The notes beneath the pieces were generated by a model. That model saw only the letters and a program-made list of their open reading frames with translations. It ran no database searches and had not been told where the DNA came from. The position numbers and the translations under genes are program-made. DNA of 64,000 nucleotides, from contig OZ249436.1 of the NCBI GenBank assembly GCA_965235115.1, positions 25,050,001-25,114,000 on the forward strand, in the 5' to 3' direction. Origin of the DNA: Laetmonice hystrix (Eukaryota). This document shows, piece by piece, positions 13,701 to 28,700 of the stretch (position 1 is its first letter; each line of letters begins with the position of its first letter).

Positions 13701-16700
13701 TACCACGTTACAAGTCACAATAGATTGCTGCCTGTCGTAAAAATATACCAGACCATTTTAAAAAGTCACAGAACCCCAATCCGGCCCTAATATGTCACTC
13801 CCAGTACCAATACACGCTGGAAGCACCATCAACTGAAATTCAGGCCTAGAACCCACCTCTCTCTACCAATATCATGCACCTAGTCCGTATACGAGGTTGT
13901 AATTTACTTTAATCAACGGGCTGCGCCGCAGCAACCCACTCTGGTCTTTGCAATCTTTTTCAATATGCGTTAACATTTGTGACCAGCTCAACGCGCCTTG
14001 TAAAATTTTTCAAAGTGCGTAAAAGTGTGTGTCCACCCCGACACGCTTTCCAAACCACTATACCCACCGAGCGACATCCACTCAAATACAGGCTTCGACC
14101 GATCCTCACTGTGCCAATAATCCGCCACAAGGCAAATTCAGTCAATGCAAGCTGGAAAATCGAATGTCAAACCTAATGCTCCCCCCCCCCAGCACGTTAA
14201 CTGAAAATAATCAACTAGCTTGAAAACTAGAATATAGCTTTGTTAAGCTAACAATCTACTCTCCCAGCGCCATCAACTCGCATACAGGCGTAAAAGCAAA
14301 CGCACTGCCCCATATAATGCTCCCAGCCTAAAACGATGTTGCAATTAATTTAAAATTAACAAGATGCACTAGTAATCCGGTCCAAGCCTAATTACGTCAT
14401 TGCTAGTTTCATAACCAAATCTCACAGAAAATACCCCACCCGCGCACATAACCTGAAAATATTCAACTTTTATCTCCAATGTATCCCTGTGCACCTAGTA
14501 GCACCCAAGCGGGCCCAATTTTGACATTCCAACACAAATACCGCAAATACCCGCCTAATGGCACAAAAAACTTTCTACCCCGTTGCAAGTCACATTAGCT
14601 TGCTGCTTGTCGTAAAAAATGGTGCAGACCATTTCTAAAGTCACAGTACCCCACTCCCGGCCTAATATTACGTTTCAGTATCCATATACGCTGCAAGCGG
14701 CAGGAACTCGAATACAGGCCTAAAAGTAACCCCAGTCTAGCAATATCATACTCTCATGCCATATACGAGCTTGTAATTATCTTTAATTAATGGGCTCCGC
14801 AGCACCAACCCACTGCATTAACATTTGTTTAACAGCTTAACGCACCTTGTAAAAAATTTTCAAGTGCGTAAAAATGCGTGTCCACCTCCACATACTTTAA
14901 ACATCACTATACCCACCCAGCGACATTCACTCTAATACACGCCTAAGAGGAACTTCACTGTCCCATTTGATTCTCCAGCACGTATAGGATGTTTCAAGTA
15001 ACATTTATCCACGGTCTGGCCCAATAACGTGCAACAAGGCATAGTAAGTCAATGCGACCTCGCATGTCAAACCTAACCCGCCCCCCAGCACATGAGCTGG
15101 AGATATTCAAATAGCTTGAAAACTAGAATATAGCTTTGCTTAATACCATTATACCATCAACTCGCATTACAGGCCTAATGCGAAGCTCCCAGCCTAAAAC
15201 GAGTTTCCAATTAATTTAAAGTTAACAAGATGCACTAATAATCGATTCCAAGCCTAATTAGGCCATTGCTAGTTGGATAACCAAATCTCATACAAAATAC
15301 ACCCTCCCGGCAGATGACCTGAGAATATTCAACTCTTATGTCCGATATATCCCTGTCCGCTTAGTAGCACCCAGCCGGGCCCCCATTTTGACATTGCAAC
15401 ACCAATACAGCAAGTGCCCAGCTAACAGCACAAATAACAGGATTCAGGGCTTCCTACCACGTTACAAGTCACAATAGATTGCTGCCTGTCGTAAAAATAT
15501 ACCAGACCATTTTAAAAAGTCACAGAACCCCAATCCGGCCCTAATATGTCACTCCCAGTACCAATAGACGCTGGAAGCACCATCAACTGAAATTCAGGCC
15601 TAGAACCCACCTCTCTCTACCAATATCATGCACCTAGTCCGTATACGAGGTTGTAATTTACTTTAATCAACGGGCTGCGCCGCAGCAACCCACTCTGGTC
15701 TTTGCAATCTTTTTCAATATGCGTTAACATTTGTGACCAGCTCAACGCGCCTTGTAAAATTTTTCAAAGTGCGTAAAAGTGTGTGTCCACCCCGACACGC
15801 TTTCCAAACCACTATACCCACCGAGCGACATCCACTCAAATACAGGCTTCGACCGATCCTCACTGTGCCAATAATCCGCCACAAGGCAAATTCAGTCAAT
15901 GCAAGCTGGAAAATCGAATGTCAAACCTAATGCTCCCCCCCCCAGCACGTTAACTGAAAATAATCAACTAGCTTGAAAACTAGAATATAGCTTTGTTAAG
16001 CTAACAATCTACTCTCCCAGCGCCATCAACTCGCATACAGGCGTAAAAGCAAACGCACTGCCCCATATAATGCTCCCAGCCTAAAACGATGTTGCAATTA
16101 ATTTAAAATTAACAAGATGCACTAGTAATCCGATCCAAGCCTAATTACGTCATTGCTAGTTTCATAACCAAATCTCACAGAAAATACCCCACCCGCGCAC
16201 ATAACCTGAAAATATTCAACTTTTATCTCCAATGTATCCCTGTGCACCTAGTAGCACCCAAGCGGGCCCAATTTTGACATTCCAACACAAATACCGCAAA
16301 TACCCGCCTAATGGCACAAAAAACTTTCTACCCCGTTGCAAGTCACATTAGCTTGCTGCTTGTCGTAAAAAATGGTGCAGACCATTTCTAAAGTCACAGT
16401 ACCCCACTCCCGGCCTAATATTACGTTTCAGTATCCATATACGCTGCAAGCGGCAGGAACTCGAATACAGGCCTAAAAGTAACCCCAGTCTAGCAATATC
16501 ATACTCTCATGCCATATACGAGCTTGTAATTATCTTTAATTAATGGGCTCCGCAGCACCAACCCACTGCATTAACATTTGTTTAACAGCTTAACGCACCT
16601 TGTAAAAAATTTTCAAGTGCGTAAAAATGCGTGTCCACCTCCACATACTTTAAAAATCACTATACCCACCCAGCGACATTCACTCTAATACACGCCTAAG

Positions 16701-19700
16701 AGGAACTTCACTGTCCCATTTGATTCTCCAGCACGTATAGGATGTTTCAAGTAACATTTATCCACGGTCTGGCCCAATAACGTGCAACAAGGCATAGTAA
16801 GTCAATGCGACCTCGCATGTCAAACCTAACCCGCCCCCCAGCACATGAGCTGGAGATATTCAAATAGCTTGAAAACTAGAATATAGCTTTGCTTAATACC
16901 ATTATACCATCAACTCGCATTACAGGCCTAATGCGAAGCTCCCAGCCTAAAACGAGTTTCCAATTAATTTAAAGTTAACAAGATGCACTAATAATCGATT
17001 CCAAGCCTAATTAGGCCATTGCTAGTTGGATAACCAAATCTCATACAAAATACACCCTCCCGGCAGATGACCTGAGAATATTCAACTCTTATGTCCGATA
17101 TATCCCTGTCCGCTTAGTAGCACCCAGCCGGGCCCCCATTTTGACATTGCAACACCAATACAGCAAGTGCCCAGCTAACAGCACAAATAACAGGATTCAG
17201 GGCTTCCTACCACGTTACAAGTCACAATAGATTGCTGCCTGTCGTAAAAATATACCAGACCATTTTAAAAAGTCACAGAACCCCAATCCGGCCCTAATAT
17301 GTCACTCCCAGTACCAATACACGCTGGAAGCACCATCAACTGAAATTCAGGCCTAGAACCCACCTCTCTCTACCAATATCATGCACCTAGTCCGTATACG
17401 AGGTTGTAATTTACTTTAATCAACGGGCTGCGCCGCAGCAACCCACTCTGGTCTTTGCAATCTTTTTCAATATGCGTTAACATTTGTGACCAGCTCAACG
17501 CGCCTTGTAAAATTTTTCAAAGTGCGTAAAAGTGTGTGTCCACCCCGACACGCTTTCCAAACCACTATACCCACCGAGCGACATCCACTCAAATACAGGC
17601 TTCGACCGATCCTCACTGTGCCAATAATCCGCCACAAGGCAAATTCAGTCAATGCAAGCTGGAAAATCGAATGTCAAACCTAATGCTCCCCCCCCCAGCA
17701 CGTTAACTGAAAATAATCAACTAGCTTGAAAACTAGAATATAGCTTTGTTAAGCTAACAATCTACTCTCCCAGCGCCATCAACTCGCATACAGGCGTAAA
17801 AGCAAACGCACTGCCCCATATAATGCTCCCAGCCTAAAACGATGTTGCAATTAATTTAAAATTAACAAGATGCACTAGTAATCCGATCCAAGCCTAATTA
17901 CGTCATTGCTAGTTTCATAACCAAATCTCACAGAAAATACCCCACCCGCGCACATAACCTGAAAATATTCAACTTTTATCTCCAATGTATCCCTGTGCAC
18001 CTAGTAGCACCCAAGCGGGCCCAATTTTGACATTCCAACACAAATACCGCAAATACCCGCCTAATGGCACAAAAAACTTTCTACCCCGTTGCAAGTCACA
18101 TTAGCTTGCTGCTTGTCGTAAAAAATGGTGCAGACCATTTCTAAAGTCACAGTACCCCACTCCCGGCCTAATATTACGTTTCAGTATCCATATACGCTGC
18201 AAGCGGCAGGAACTCGAATACAGGCCTAAAAGTAACCCCAGTCTAGCAATATCATACTCTCATGCCATATACGAGCTTGTAATTATCTTTAATTAATGGG
18301 CTCCGCAGCACCAACCCACTGCATTAACATTTGTTTAACAGCTTAACGCACCTTGTAAAAAATTTTCAAGTGCGTAAAAATGCGTGTCCACCTCCACATA
18401 CTTTAAACATCACTATACCCACCCAGCGACATTCACTCTAATACACGCCTAAGAGGAACTTCACTGTCCCATTTGATTCTCCAGCACGTATAGGATGTTT
18501 CAAGTAACATTTATCCACGGTCTGGCCCAATAACGTGCAACAAGGCATAGTAAGTCAATGCGACCTCGCATGTCAAACCTAACCCGCCCCCCAGCACATG
18601 AGCTGGAGATATTCAAATAGCTTGAAAACTAGAATATAGCTTTGCTTAATACCATTATACCATCAACTCGCATTACAGGCCTAATGCGAAGCTCCCAGCC
18701 TAAAACGAGTTTCCAATTAATTTAAAGTTAACAAGATGCACTAATAATCGATTCCAAGCCTAATTAGGCCATTGCTAGTTGGATAACCAAATCTCATACA
18801 AAATACACCCTCCCGGCAGATGACCTGAGAATATTCAACTCTTATGTCCGATATATCCCTGTCCGCTTAGTAGCACCCAGCCGGGCCCCCATTTTGACAT
18901 TGCAACACCAATACAGCAAGTGCCCAGCTAACAGCACAAATAACAGGATTCAGGGCTTCCTACCACGTTACAAGTCACAATAGATTGCTGCCTGTCGTAA
19001 AAATATACCAGACCATTTTAAAAAGTCACAGAACCCCAATCCGGCCCTAATATGTCACTCCCAGTACCAATAGACGCTGGAAGCACCATCAACTGAAATT
19101 CAGGCCTAGAACCCACCTCTCTCTACCAATATCATGCACCTAGTCCGTATACGAGGTTGTAATTTACTTTAATCAACGGGCTGCGCCGCAGCAACCCACT
19201 CTGGTCTTTGCAATCTTTTTCAATATGCGTTAACATTTGTGACCAGCTCAACGCGCCTTGTAAAATTTTTCAAAGTGCGTAAAAGTGTGTGTCCACCCCG
19301 ACACGCTTTCCAAACCACTATACCCACCGAGCGACATCCACTCAAATACAGGCTTCGACCGATCCTCACTGTGCCAATAATCCGCCACAAGGCAAATTCA
19401 GTCAATGCAAGCTGGAAAATCGAATGTCAAACCTAATGCTCCCCCCCCCCAGCACGTTAACTGAAAAAAATCAACTAGCTTGAAAACTAGAATATAGCTT
19501 TGTTTAGCTAACAATCTACTCTCCCAGCGCCATCAACTCGCATACAGGCGTAAAAGCAAACGCACTGCCCCATATAATGCTCCCAGCCTAAGACGATGTT
19601 GCAATTAATTTAAGATTAACAAGATGCACTAGTAATCCGATCCAAGCCTAATTACGTCATTGCTAGTTTCATAACCAAATCTCACAGAAAATACCCCACC

Positions 19701-22700
19701 CGCGCACATAACCTGAAAATATTTAACTTTTATCTCCAATGTATCCCTGTGCACCTAGTAGCACACAAGCGGGCCCAATTTTGACATCCCAACGCAAATA
19801 CCGCAAATACCCGCCTAATGGCACAAAAAACTTTCTACCCCGTTGCAAGTCACATTAGCGTGCTGCTTGTCGTAAAAAATGGTGCAGACCATTTCTAAAG
19901 TCACAGTACCCCACTCCCGGCCTAATATTACGTTTCAGTATCCATATACGCTGCAAGCGGCAGGAACTCGAATACAGGCCTAAAAGTAACCTCAGTCTAG
20001 CAATATCATACTCCCATGCCATATACGAGCTTGTAATTATCTTTAATTAATGGGCTCCGCAGCACCAACCCACTGCATTAACATTTGTTTAACAGCTTAA
20101 CGCACCTTGTAAAATTTTTTCAAGTGCGTAAAAATGCGTGTCCACCTCCACATACTTTAAAAATCACTATACCCACCCAGCGACATCCACTCTAATACAC
20201 GCCTAAAAGGAACTTCACTGTCCCATTTGATTCTCCAGCACGTATAGGATGTTTCAAGTAACATTCATCCACGGTCTGGCCCAATAACGTGCAGCAAGGC
20301 ATAGTAAGTCAATGCGAGCTCGCATGTCAAACCTAACCCGCCCCCAAGCACATGAGCTGAAAATATTCAAATAGCTTGAAAACTAGAATATAGCTTTGCT
20401 TAATACCATTATACCATCAACTCGCATTACAGGCCTAATGCGAAGCTCCCAGCCTAAAACGAGTTTCCAAATAATTTAAAGTTAACAAGATGCACTAATA
20501 ATCGATTCCAAGCCTAATTAGGCCATTGCTAGTTGGATAACCAAATCTCATACAAAATACACCCTCCCGGCAGATGACCTGAGAATATTTAACTCTTATG
20601 TCCGATATATCCCTGTCTGCTTAGTAGCACCCAGCCGGGCCCCCATTTTGACATTGCAACACCAATACAGCAAGTGCCCAGCTAACAGCACAAATAACAG
20701 GATTCAGGGCTTCCTACCACGTTACAAGTCACAATAGATTGCTGCCTGTCGTAAAAATATACCAGACCATTTTAAAAAGTCACAGAACCCCAATCCGGCC
20801 CTAATATGTCACTCCCAGTACCAATACACGCTGGAAGCACCATCAACTGAAATTCAGGCCTAGAACCCACCTCTCTCTACCAATATCATGCACCTAGTCC
20901 GTATACGAGGTTGTAATTTACTTTAATCAACGGGCCGCGCCGCAGCAACCCACTCTGGTCTTTGCAATCTTTTTCAATATGCGTTAACATTTGTGACCAG
21001 CTCAACGCGCCTTGTAAAATTTTTCAAAGTGCGTAAAAGTGTCTGTCCACCCCGACACGCTTTCCAAACCACTATACCCACCGAGCGACATCCACTCAAA
21101 TACAGGCTTCGACCGATCCTCACTGTGCCAATAATCCGCCACAAGGCAAATTCAGTCAATGCAAGCTGGAAAATCGAATGTCAAACCTAATGCTCCCCCC
21201 CCAGCACGTTAACTGAAAAAAATCAACTAGCTTGAAAACTAGAATATAGCTTTGTTTAGCTAACAATCTACTCTCCCAGCGCCATCAACTCGCATACAGG
21301 CGTAAAAGCAAACGCACTGCCCCATATAATGCTCCCAGCCTAAGACGATGTTGCAATTAATTTAAGATTAACAAGATGCACTAGTAATCCGATCCAAGCC
21401 TAATTACGTCATTGCTAGTTTCATAACCAAATCTCACAGAAAATACCCCACCCGCGCACATAACCTGAAAATATTTAACTTTTATCTCCAATGTATCCCT
21501 GTGCACCTAGTAGCACACAAGCGGGCCCAATTTTGACATCCCAACACAAATACCGCAAATACCCGCCTAATGGCACAAAAAACTTTCTACCCCGTTGCAA
21601 GTCACATTAGCGTGCTGCTTGTCGTAAAAAATGGTGCAGACCATTTCTAAAGTCACAGTACCCCACTCCCGGCCTAATATTACGTTTCAGTATCCATATA
21701 CGCTGCAAGCGGCAAGAACTCGAATACAGGCCTAAAAGTAACCCCAGTCTAGCAATATCATACTCTCATGCCATATACGAGCTTGTAATTATCTTTAATT
21801 AATGGGCTCCGCAGCACCAACCCACTGCATTAACATTTGTTTAACAGCTTGACGCACCTTGTAAAAAATTTTCAAGTGCGTAAAAATGCGTGTCCACCTC
21901 CACATACTTTAAAAATCACTATACCCACCCAGCGACATTCACTCTAATACACGCCTAAGAGGAACTTCACTGTCCCATTTGATTCTCCAGCACGTATAGG
22001 ATGTTTCAAGTAACATTCATCCACGGTCTGGCCCAATAACGTGCAACAAGGCATAGTAAGTCAATGCGAGCTCGCATGTCAAACCTAACCCGCCCCCCAG
22101 CACATGAGCTGAAAATATTCAAATAGCTTGAAAACTAGAATATAGCTTTGCTTAATACCATTATACCATCAACTCGCATTACAGGCCTAATGCGAAGCTC
22201 CCAGCCTAAAACGAGTTTCCAATTAATTTAAAGTTAACAAGATGCACTAATAATCGATTCCAAGCCTAATTAGGCCATTGCTAGTTGGATAACCAAATCT
22301 CATACAAAATACACCCTCCCGGCAGATGACCTGAGAATATTCAACTCTTATGTCCGATATATCCCTGTCCGCTTTGTAGCACCCAGCCGGGCCCCCATTT
22401 TGACATTGCAACACCAATACAGCAAGTGCCCAGCTAACAGCACAAATAACAGGATTCAGGGCTTCCTACCACGTTACAAGTCACAATAGATTGCTGCCTG
22501 TCGTAAAAATATACCAGACCATTTTAAAAAGTCACAGAACCCCAATCCGGCCCTAATATGTCACTCCCAGTACCAATACACTCTGGAAGCACCATCAACT
22601 GAAATTCAGGCCTAGAACCCACCTCTCTCTACCAATATCATGCACCTAGTCCGTATACGAGGTTGTAATTTACTTTAATCAACGGGCTGCGCCGCAGCAA

Positions 22701-25700
22701 CCCACTCTGGTCTTTGCAATCTTTTTCAATATGCGTTAACATTTGTAACCAGCTCAACGCGCCTTGTAAAATTTTTCAAAGTGCGTAAAAGTGTGTGTCC
22801 ACCCCGACACGCTTTCCAAACCACTATACCCACCGAGCGACATCCACTCAAATACAGGCTTCGACCGATCCTCACTGTGCCAATAATCCGCCACAAGGCA
22901 AATTCAGTCAATGCAAGCTGGAAAATCGAATGTCAAACCTAATACTCCCCCCCAGCACGTTAACTGAAAATAATCAACTAGCTTGAAAACTAGAATATAG
23001 CTTTGTTTAGCTAACAATCTACTCTCCCAGCGCCATCAACTCGCATACAGGCGTAAAAGCAAACGCACTGCCCCATATAATGCTCCCAGCCTAAAACGAT
23101 GTTGCAATTAATTTAAAATTAACAAGATGCACTAGTAATCCGATCCAAGCTTAATTACGTCATTGCTAGTTTCATAACCAAATCTCACAGAAAATACCCC
23201 ACCCGGGCACATAACCTGAAAATATTCAACTTTTATCTCCAATGTATCCCTGTGCACCTAGTAGCACCCAAGCGGGCCCAATTTTGACATCCCAACACAA
23301 ATACCGCAAATACCCGCCTAATGGCACAAAAAACTTTCTACCTCGTTGCAAGTCACATTAGCGTGCTGCTTGTCGTAAAAAATGGTGCAGACCATTTCTA
23401 AAGTCACAGTACCCCACTCCCGGCCTAATATTACGTTTCAGTATCCATATACGCTGCAAGCGGCAGGAACTCGAATACAGGCCTAAAAGTAACCTCAGTC
23501 TAGCAATATCATACTCCCATGCCATATACGAGCTTGTAATTATCTTTAATTAATGGGCTCCGCAGCACCAACCCACTGCATTAACATTTGTTTAACAGCT
23601 TAACACACCTTGTAAAATTTTTTCAAGTGCGTAAAAATGCGTGTCCACCTCCACATACTTTAAAAATCACTATACCCACCCAGCGACATCCACTCTAATA
23701 CACGCCTAAAAGGAACTTCACTGTCCCATTTGATTCTCCAGCACGTATAGGATGTTTCAAGTAACATTCATCCACGGTCTGGCCCAATAACGTGCAACAA
23801 GGCATAGTAAGTCAATGCGAGCTCGCATGTCAAACCTAACCCGCCCCCAAGCACATGAGCTGAAAATATTCAAATAGCTTGAAAACTAGAATATAGCTTT
23901 GCTTAATACCATTATACCATCAACTCGCATTACAGGCCTAATGCGAAGCTCCCAGCCTAAAACGAGTTTCCAATTAATTTAAAGTTAACAAGATGCACTA
24001 ATAATCGATTCCAAGCCTAATTAGGCCATTGCTAGTTGGATAACCAAATCTCATACAAAATACACCCTCCCGGCAGATGACCTGAGAATATTCAACTCTT
24101 ATGTCCGATATATCCCTGTCCGCTTAGTAGCACCCAGCCGGGCCCCCATTTTGACATTGCAACACCAATACAGCAAGTGCCCAGCTAACAGCACATATAA
24201 CAGGATTCAGGGCTTCCTACCACGTTACAAGTCACAATAGATTGCTGCCTGTCGTAAAAATATACCAGACCATTTTAAAAAGTCACAGAACCCCAATCCG
24301 GCCCTAATATGTCACTCCCAGTACCAATAGACGCTGGAAGCACCATCAACTGAAATTCAGGCCTAGAACCCACCTCTCTCTACCAATATCATGCACCTAG
24401 TCCGTATACGAGGTTGTAATTTCCTTTAATCAACGGGCTGCGCCGCAGCAACCCACTCTGGTCTTTGCAATCTTTTTCAATATGCGTTAACATTTGTGAC
24501 CAGCTCAACGCGCCTTGTAAAATTTTTCAAAGTGCGTAAAAGTGTGTGTCCACCCCGACACGCTTTCCAAACCACTATACCCACCGAGCGACATCCACTC
24601 AAATACAGGCTTCGACCGATCCTCACTGTGCCAATAATCCGCCACAAGGCAAATTCAGTCAATGCAAGCTGGAAAATCGAATGTCAAACCTAATGCTCCC
24701 CCCCCAGCACGTTAACTGAAAAAAATCAACTAGCTTGAAAACTAGAATATAGCTTTGTTTAGCTAACAATCTACTCTCCCAGCGCCATCAACTCGCATAC
24801 AGGCGTAAAAGCAAACGCACTGCCCCATATAATGCTCCCAGCATAAAACGATGTTGCAATTAATTTAAAATTAACAAGATGCACTAGTAATCCGATCCAA
24901 GCTTAATTACGTCATTGCTAGTTTCATAACCAAATCTCACAGAAAATACCCCACCCGGGCACATAACCTGAAAATATTCAACTTTTATCTCCAATGTATC
25001 CCTGTGCACCTAGTAGCACCCAAGCGGGCCCAATTTTGACATTCCAACACAAATACCGCAAATACCCGCCTAATGGCACAAAAAACTTTCTACCCCGTTG
25101 CAAGTCACATTAGCTTGCTGCTTGTCGTAAAAAATGGTGCAGACCATTTCTAAAGTCACAGTACCCCACTCCCGGCCTAATATTACGTTTCAGTATCCAT
25201 ATACGCTGCAAGCGGCAGGAACTCGAATACAGGCCTAAAAGTAACCCCAGTCTAGCAATATCATACTCTCATGCCATATACGAGCTTGTAATTATCTTTA
25301 ATTAATGGGCTCCGCAGCACCAACCCACTGCATTAACATTTGTTTAACAGCTTAACGCACCTTGTAAAAAAATTTTCAAGTGCGTAAAAATGCGTGTCCA
25401 CCTCCACATACTTTAAAAATCACTATACCCACCCAGCGACATTCACTCTAATACACGCCTAAGAGGAACTTCACTGTCCCATTTGATTCTCCAGCACGTA
25501 TAGGATGTTTCAAGTAACATTTATCCACGGTCTGGCCCAATAACGTGCAACAAGGCATAGTAAGTCAATGCGACCTCGCATGTCAAACCTAACCCGCCCC
25601 CCAGCACATGAGCTGGAGATATTCAAATAGCTTGAAAACTAGAATATAGCTTTGCTTAATACCATTATACCATCAACTCGCATTACAGGCCTAATGCGAA

Positions 25701-28700
25701 GCTCCCAGCCTAAAACGAGTTTCCAATTAATTTAAAGTTAACAAGATGCACTAATAATCGATTCCAAGCCTAATTAGGCCATTGCTAGTTGGATAACCAA
25801 ATCTCATACAAAATACACCCTCCCGGCAGATGACCTGAGAATATTCAACTCTTATGTCCGATATATCCCTGTCCGCTTAGTAGCACCCAGCCGGGCCCCC
25901 ATTTTGACATTGCAACACCAATACAGCAAGTGCCCAGCTAACAGCACAAATAACAGGATTCAGGGCTTCCTACCACGTTACAAGTCACAATAGATTGCTG
26001 CCTGTCGTAAAAATATACCAGACCATTTTAAAAAGTCACAGAACCCCAATCCGGCCCTAATATGTCACTCCCAGTACCAATACACGCTGGAAGCACCATC
26101 AACTGAAATTCAGGCCTAGAACCCACCTCTCTCTACCAATATCATGCACCTAGTCCGTATACGAGGTTGTAATTTACTTTAATCAACGGGCTGCGCCGCA
26201 GCAACCCACTCTGGTCTTTGCAATCTTTTTCAATATGCGTTAACATTTGTGACCAGCTCAACGCGCCTTGTAAAATTTTTCAAAGTGCGTAAAAGTGTGT
26301 GTCCACCCCGACACGCTTTCCAAACCACTATACCCACCGAGCGACATCCACTCAAATACAGGCTTCGACCGATCCTCACTGTGCCAATAATCCGCCACAA
26401 GGCAAATTCAGTCAATGCAAGCTGGAAAATCGAATGTCAAACCTAATGCTCCCCCCCCCAGCACGTTAACTGAAAATAATCAACTAGCTTGAAAACTAGA
26501 ATATAGCTTTGTTAAGCTAACAATCTACTCTCCCAGCGCCATCAACTCGCATACAGGCGTAAAAGCAAACGCACTGCCCCATATAATGCTCCCAGCCTAA
26601 AACGATGTTGCAATTAATTTAAAATTAACAAGATGCACTAGTAATCCGATCCAAGCCTAATTACGTCATTGCTAGTTTCATAACCAAATCTCACAGAAAA
26701 TACCCCACCCGCGCACATAACCTGAAAATATTCAACTTTTATCTCCAATGTATCCCTGTGCACCTAGTAGCACCCAAGCGGGCCCAATTTTGACATTCCA
26801 ACACAAATACCGCAAATACCCGCCTAATGGCACAAAAAACTTTCTACCCCGTTGCAAGTCACATTAGCTTGCTGCTTGTCGTAAAAAATGGTGCAGACCA
26901 TTTCTAAAGTCACAGTACCCCACTCCCGGCCTAATATTACGTTTCAGTATCCATATACGCTGCAAGCGGCAGGAACTCGAATACAGGCCTAAAAGTAACC
27001 CCAGTCTAGCAATATCATACTCTCATGCCATATACGAGCTTGTAATTATCTTTAATTAATGGGCTCCGCAGCACCAACCCACTGCATTAACATTTGTTTA
27101 ACAGCTTAACGCACCTTGTAAAAAATTTTCAAGTGCGTAAAAATGCGTGTCCACCTCCACATACTTTAAACATCACTATACCCACCCAGCGACATTCACT
27201 CTAATACACGCCTAAGAGGAACTTCACTGTCCCATTTGATTCTCCAGCACGTATAGGATGTTTCAAGTAACATTTATCCACGGTCTGGCCCAATAACGTG
27301 CAACAAGGCATAGTAAGTCAATGCGACCTCGCATGTCAAACCTAACCCGCCCCCCAGCACATGAGCTGGAGATATTCAAATAGCTTGAAAACTAGAATAT
27401 AGCTTTGCTTAATACCATTATACCATCAACTCGCATTACAGGCCTAATGCGAAGCTCCCAGCCTAAAACGAGTTTCCAATTAATTTAAAGTTAACAAGAT
27501 GCACTAATAATCGATTCCAAGCCTAATTAGGCCATTGCTAGTTGGATAACCAAATCTCATACAAAATACACCCTCCCGGCAGATGACCTGAGAATATTCA
27601 ACTCTTATGTCCGATATATCCCTGTCCGCTTAGTAGCACCCAGCCGGGCCCCCATTTTGACATTGCAACACCAATACAGCAAGTGCCCAGCTAACAGCAC
27701 AAATAACAGGATTCAGGGCTTCCTACCACGTTACAAGTCACAATAGATTGCTGCCTGTCGTAAAAATATACCAGACCATTTTAAAAAGTCACAGAACCCC
27801 AATCCGGCCCTAATATGTCACTCCCAGTACCAATAGACGCTGGAAGCACCATCAACTGAAATTCAGGCCTAGAACCCACCTCTCTCTACCAATATCATGC
27901 ACCTAGTCCGTATACGAGGTTGTAATTTACTTTAATCAACGGGCTGCGCCGCAGCAACCCACTCTGGTCTTTGCAATCTTTTTCAATATGCGTTAACATT
28001 TGTGACCAGCTCAACGCGCCTTGTAAAATTTTTCAAAGTGCGTAAAAGTGTGTGTCCACCCCGACACGCTTTCCAAACCACTATACCCACCGAGCGACAT
28101 CCACTCAAATACAGGCTTCGACCGATCCTCACTGTGCCAATAATCCGCCACAAGGCAAATTCAGTCAATGCAAGCTGGAAAATCGAATGTCAAACCTAAT
28201 GCTCCCCCCCCCAGCACGTTAACTGAAAAAAATCAACTAGCTTGAAAACTAGAATATAGCTTTGTTTAGCTAACAATCTACTCTCCCAGCGCCATCAACT
28301 CGCATACAGGCGTAAAAGCAAACGCACTGCCCCATATAATGCTCCCAGCCTAAGACGATGTTGCAATTAATTTAAGATTAACAAGATGCACTAGTAATCC
28401 GATCCAAGCCTAATTACGTCATTGCTAGTTTCATAACCAAATCTCACAGAAAATACCCCACCCGCGCACATAACCTGAAAATATTTAACTTTTATCTCCA
28501 ATGTATCCCTGTGCACCTAGTAGCACACAAGCGGGCCCAATTTTGACATCCCAACACAAATACCGCAAATACCCGCCTAATGGCACAAAAAACTTTCTAC
28601 CCCGTTGCAAGTCACATTAGCGTGCTGCTTGTCGTAAAAAATGGTGCAGACCATTTCTAAAGTCACAGTACCCCACTCCCGGCCTAATATTACGTTTCAG

